Origin: Heteronotia binoei | Lineage: Eukaryota | Assembly (NCBI RefSeq): GCF_032191835.1 | Contig: NC_083228.1 | Location: forward strand, 93,868,001 to 93,932,000 | DNA length: 64,000 nt | Direction of reading: 5' to 3' | Part shown: piece after piece, positions 60,489 through 64,000 of the stretch | How positions within the stretch are numbered: the stretch's first letter is position 1 | Layout: each line of letters begins with the position of its first letter | Made by a program: the position numbers and the translations under genes | The notes under the pieces: model-generated | The model's input: the letters and a program-made list of their open reading frames with translations, nothing else | What the model was told of the DNA's origin: nothing | Databases searched by the model: none

Positions 60489-61012
60489 GTATGCAGTATA
60501 TATTCACAACAATGAGAGTCAGATCACAGCAACAGAAAAAGTCCATGAAATTATAAAATTTTTGGCCTGATGCACCTGGAAAGATCAGGTACCAGGTGAA
60601 CAGTTTAGGGGAGGGAGTTAGCTTATGGGATGTTGCTCCAGAAAAAGTGAGCAACTACCTCATCTCTGAGTGTTTCAAATTTGTGGGCAAGTTATGCTGG
60701 TTCCAGGCCAAATAAGCCTTTAATGGTCATACCTATAACTTTGAATTGGGCCTGTAAGCAGACTGCTCATTTAAAACTTGCCAGTCCCAGTAGCATTGCT
60801 GGTACATTTGACACTGGTTGAAGATTTTGAACTTTTTTCAAAGGTAGTCCCACGGTAAAGTACATTGTAGTAATGCAATCTACATATTATCAGAATATGG
60901 ATAGGAACACCATATTCTGCTTCTCTAGACAAAGAGGCAACTAGCACATGATGCTTAGGGGAAAAGCTATATACTACAGAAGAGACCTAAGTCTGCATCT
61001 GGAAGTTTTGAT

Positions 61013-64000
61013 CTTTGTTGTTCAGTTGCACAGTCGAGTCCGACTCTTTGCGACCCCATGGACAAATTCACACCAGGCCCTCCTGTCTTCCACCATCCTC
61101 CGAAGTCTGCTAAAATTTGTGTTTGTTACATCAGTAACTCTGTCCAGCCATCTCACCTTTTGCCGTCCCCTTCTTTTTTGCCTTCTGTCTTTCCTAGCAT
61201 CAGGATCTTCTCCAGGGAGTGCTCCCTTCTCATTTGGTGGCCAAAGTATTTGAGCTTCAGCTTCAGCATCTGACCTTCCAGGGAAAAGTCTGGGTTGATT
61301 TCCCTTAAGACTGACTGATTTGATCTTCTTGCAGTCCAAGGGACTCTCAAGAGTCTTCTCCAGTACCACATTTCAAAAGCATCTATTCTTCTGTGCTCAG
61401 CCTTCCTTATGGTCCAACTCTCACAGCCATACATTACTACTGGGAATACCATCGCTTTGACTATACAGACTTTTGTTGGCAGGGTGATGTCTCTACTTTT
61501 ATTATACCGCCCAGGTTCACCATAGCTGTTTTCCCAAGGAGCAAACATCTTTTAATTTCATGGCTACAGTCACCATCTGCAGTGATCTTGGATCCCAGAA
61601 ATGTGAAGTCTGTCACTACTTCCATGTCTTCCCCTTCTATTTGCCAAGATGTGATGGGGCCAGATGCCATGATCTTAGTGTTTTTTTTATGTTGAGTTGC
61701 AAGCCTACTTTTGTGTTCATCTCTTTCACTCTCAACAAGAGATTCTTTAGGCCCTTCTCACTTTCTGCCATTAGAGTAATGTCATCTGCATATCTGAGGT
61801 TGTCGATGTTTTTCCCGGCAATCTTAATTCTGGCTTGTGCTTCATCCAGGCCAGCATTCCGCATGATGTACTCTGCATATAAATTAAATAAGCATAGTGA
61901 CAATATAGATCTTTGTCGAACTTTTCCTATTCTAAACCAATCAGTTGTTCCATATCTCATTCTGACAGTTGCTTCTCGACCCTTATACAGGTTTCTCAGG
62001 AGACATGTGAGGCGGTCTGGTACTCCCATCTCTTTAAGGACTTGCCACAGTTTGTTGTGATCCACACAATCAAAGGCTTTAGCATAGTCAATGAAGCAGA
62101 AATAGACGTTTTTCTGATACTCCCGTGCTTTCTCCATAATCCATCGAATGTTGGCAATCTGATCTCTAGTTCCTCTACCTCTCCAAAACCCAGCTTGAAC
62201 TTCTGGTAGTTCCCAATCTACATACTACTGAAGCCTAGCTTGTAAGATCTTTAAAATGACCTTGCTGGCATGTGAAATGAGTGCAATGGTGCGATAGTTT
62301 GAACATTCCTTACCCTTCTTTGGAATTGGAATATAAACTGATCTTTTCCATTCCTGTGGCCACTGTTGTGTTTTCCAAATTTGTTGACATAATGTGTGCA
62401 TCTCTTTAACAGCATCATCTTTTAGGACTTTTAATAGCTCAACTGGGATACCATCACCTCCACTCGCTTTGTTGTTAGTAATGCTTTCTAAAGTCCATTT
62501 GACTTCACACTCCAGGATGTCTGGCTCAAGGTCATCAATTTCACTGTCATGGTTGTCCGGGACACTGAGATCCTTCTTGTATAATTCTTCTGTGTATTCT
62601 TGCCACCTCTTCCTGATCTCATCTGCTTCTGTTAGGTCCCTACCATTTTTGTCCTTTATTATGGCCATCTTTGCACAAAACGTTCCCTTGATTTCTCCAA
62701 TTTTCTTGAAGAGATCTCTTGTCCTTTCCATTCTATATTTTCCTCTATTGCTTTGCATTGTTCCTTCAGGAAGGCCTCCTTATCTCTCCTTGCTGTTCTC
62801 TGGAAATCTGCATTCAGTTGGGTGAATCTTTCCTTTTCACCTTTGTCTTTTGCTTTCCTTCTTTCCTCAGCTATTTGTAAAGCCTCATCAGACAGCCACT
62901 TTGCTTTCTTGCATTTCTTTTTCTTTGGGATGGTGCTGATTGCTGCCTCCTGTACAATGTCACGAACCTCCGTCCATAGTTCTTCAGGCACTCTGTCTAT
63001 CAACTCTAATTCCTTAAACCTATTCTTCACACCCACTGTATATTCATAAGGGATGTGATCAAGGTCAAACCTGAATGTCCTAATGACTTCCCCAGTTTTC
63101 TTCAGTTTAAGCCTGAATTTTGCGATGAGTGGCTCATGATCTGAGCCGCAGTCAGCTCCAGGTCTTGTTTTTGCTGACTGTAAGGAGCTTCTCCATCTTT
63201 GACTGCAAAGTATATAATCAATCTGATTTCTGTGTTGCCCATCAGGTGATGTCCACGTGTAGAGTCACCTTTTATGTTGTTGGAAGAGGGTGTTTGCTAT
63301 GACATGCTTGTTCTCTTGGCAAAACTCTATTAGCTTTTGCCCAGCTTCATTTTGTTCTCCAAGGCCAAACTTGTCAGTTGTTCTGGTTACCTTTTGACTT
63401 CCTACTTTGGTATTCCAGTCCCCTATGATGAGGAGGACATCTTTTTTTGGTGTTTATTCTAGAAGGTGTTGTAGATCTTCATAGAACTGGTCCACTTCAA
63501 CCTCTTCTGCATCAGTAGTTGGGGCATAGACTTGGATTACTGTGATACTGAATGGTTTGCCTTGGATGCGGACCAAGATCATTCTGTCATTTTTGAGATT
63601 GTATCCCATTACTCTCTTCACTCTCTTGTTCACTCTCTTGTTAACTATAAAGACCACACCATTTCTTCTACGGGACTCTTGACCACAATAATAGATGTAG
63701 TGATCCTCTGAGTTAAATTCACCCATTCCCGTCCATTTTAGTTCACTGATTCCCAAGATGTCGATGTTCATTCTTGCCATCTCTTGTTTGACCACATCTA
63801 GCTTACATTGATCCATAGATCTTACATTCCACGTTCTGATGCAATATTGTTCTTTGCAGCATCGGACTGTTCTTTCACCATCAGACACATCCACAGCTGA
63901 GCGTCCTTTCGGTTTTGGCCGAGCCGCTTCATTCTTTCTGTGGTTACTTGAACGCTCTTCCGCAGTAGCATATTGGGCACCTTCTGACCTGAAGGGCTCA
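61013..64000 (-). mobile_element. RTE-BovB LINE, large frameshifted copy running past the window end
   Basis: Endonuclease TWNVRSM and GISELKW; RT FDCVDH, VRQRSILSLCLFNLY and NLRYADD; BovB-type 3' end (...tgcaactgaacaacaaag on the - strand). Confidence 0.93.

Noticed and set aside
46079-61000. A downstream neighbouring gene such as TRIM42
   Set aside because: No ORF or exon with RING, B-box or other recognisable protein motifs was seen.

Overview
Vertebrate genomic DNA, most likely a squamate and probably a gecko, inferred from Sauria-type and MIR/CORE-type SINEs, CR1, L2, BovB and hAT MITE content. The window holds the 3' half of calsyntenin-2 (CLSTN2) on the + strand. Eight coding exons (6736-46078) all have AG/GT boundaries and join in one frame for 458 codons plus TAG, followed by a probable very long 3' UTR. 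The introns are TE-rich. Highlights: (1) a very young full-length Ty3/Gypsy element (14699-19420, - strand) with near-identical LTRs, 5-bp TSD, tRNA-Ser PBS, PPT and one gag-pol frame broken only by an in-frame TGA before the integrase C-terminal domain; (2) two inverted copies of a ~750-bp LTR-like repeat lacking TG..CA ends and TSD, possibly a solo remnant of a tyrosine-recombinase (Ngaro/DIRS) element; (3) a rearranged L1 with a 126-bp inverted duplication; (4) a tandem array built from LINE 3' tails; (5) several near-perfect hairpins; (6) a large BovB copy running off the right end. Five assembly gaps are present. No prokaryotic features. Repeat-family names are from recall of motifs, not from a database search.
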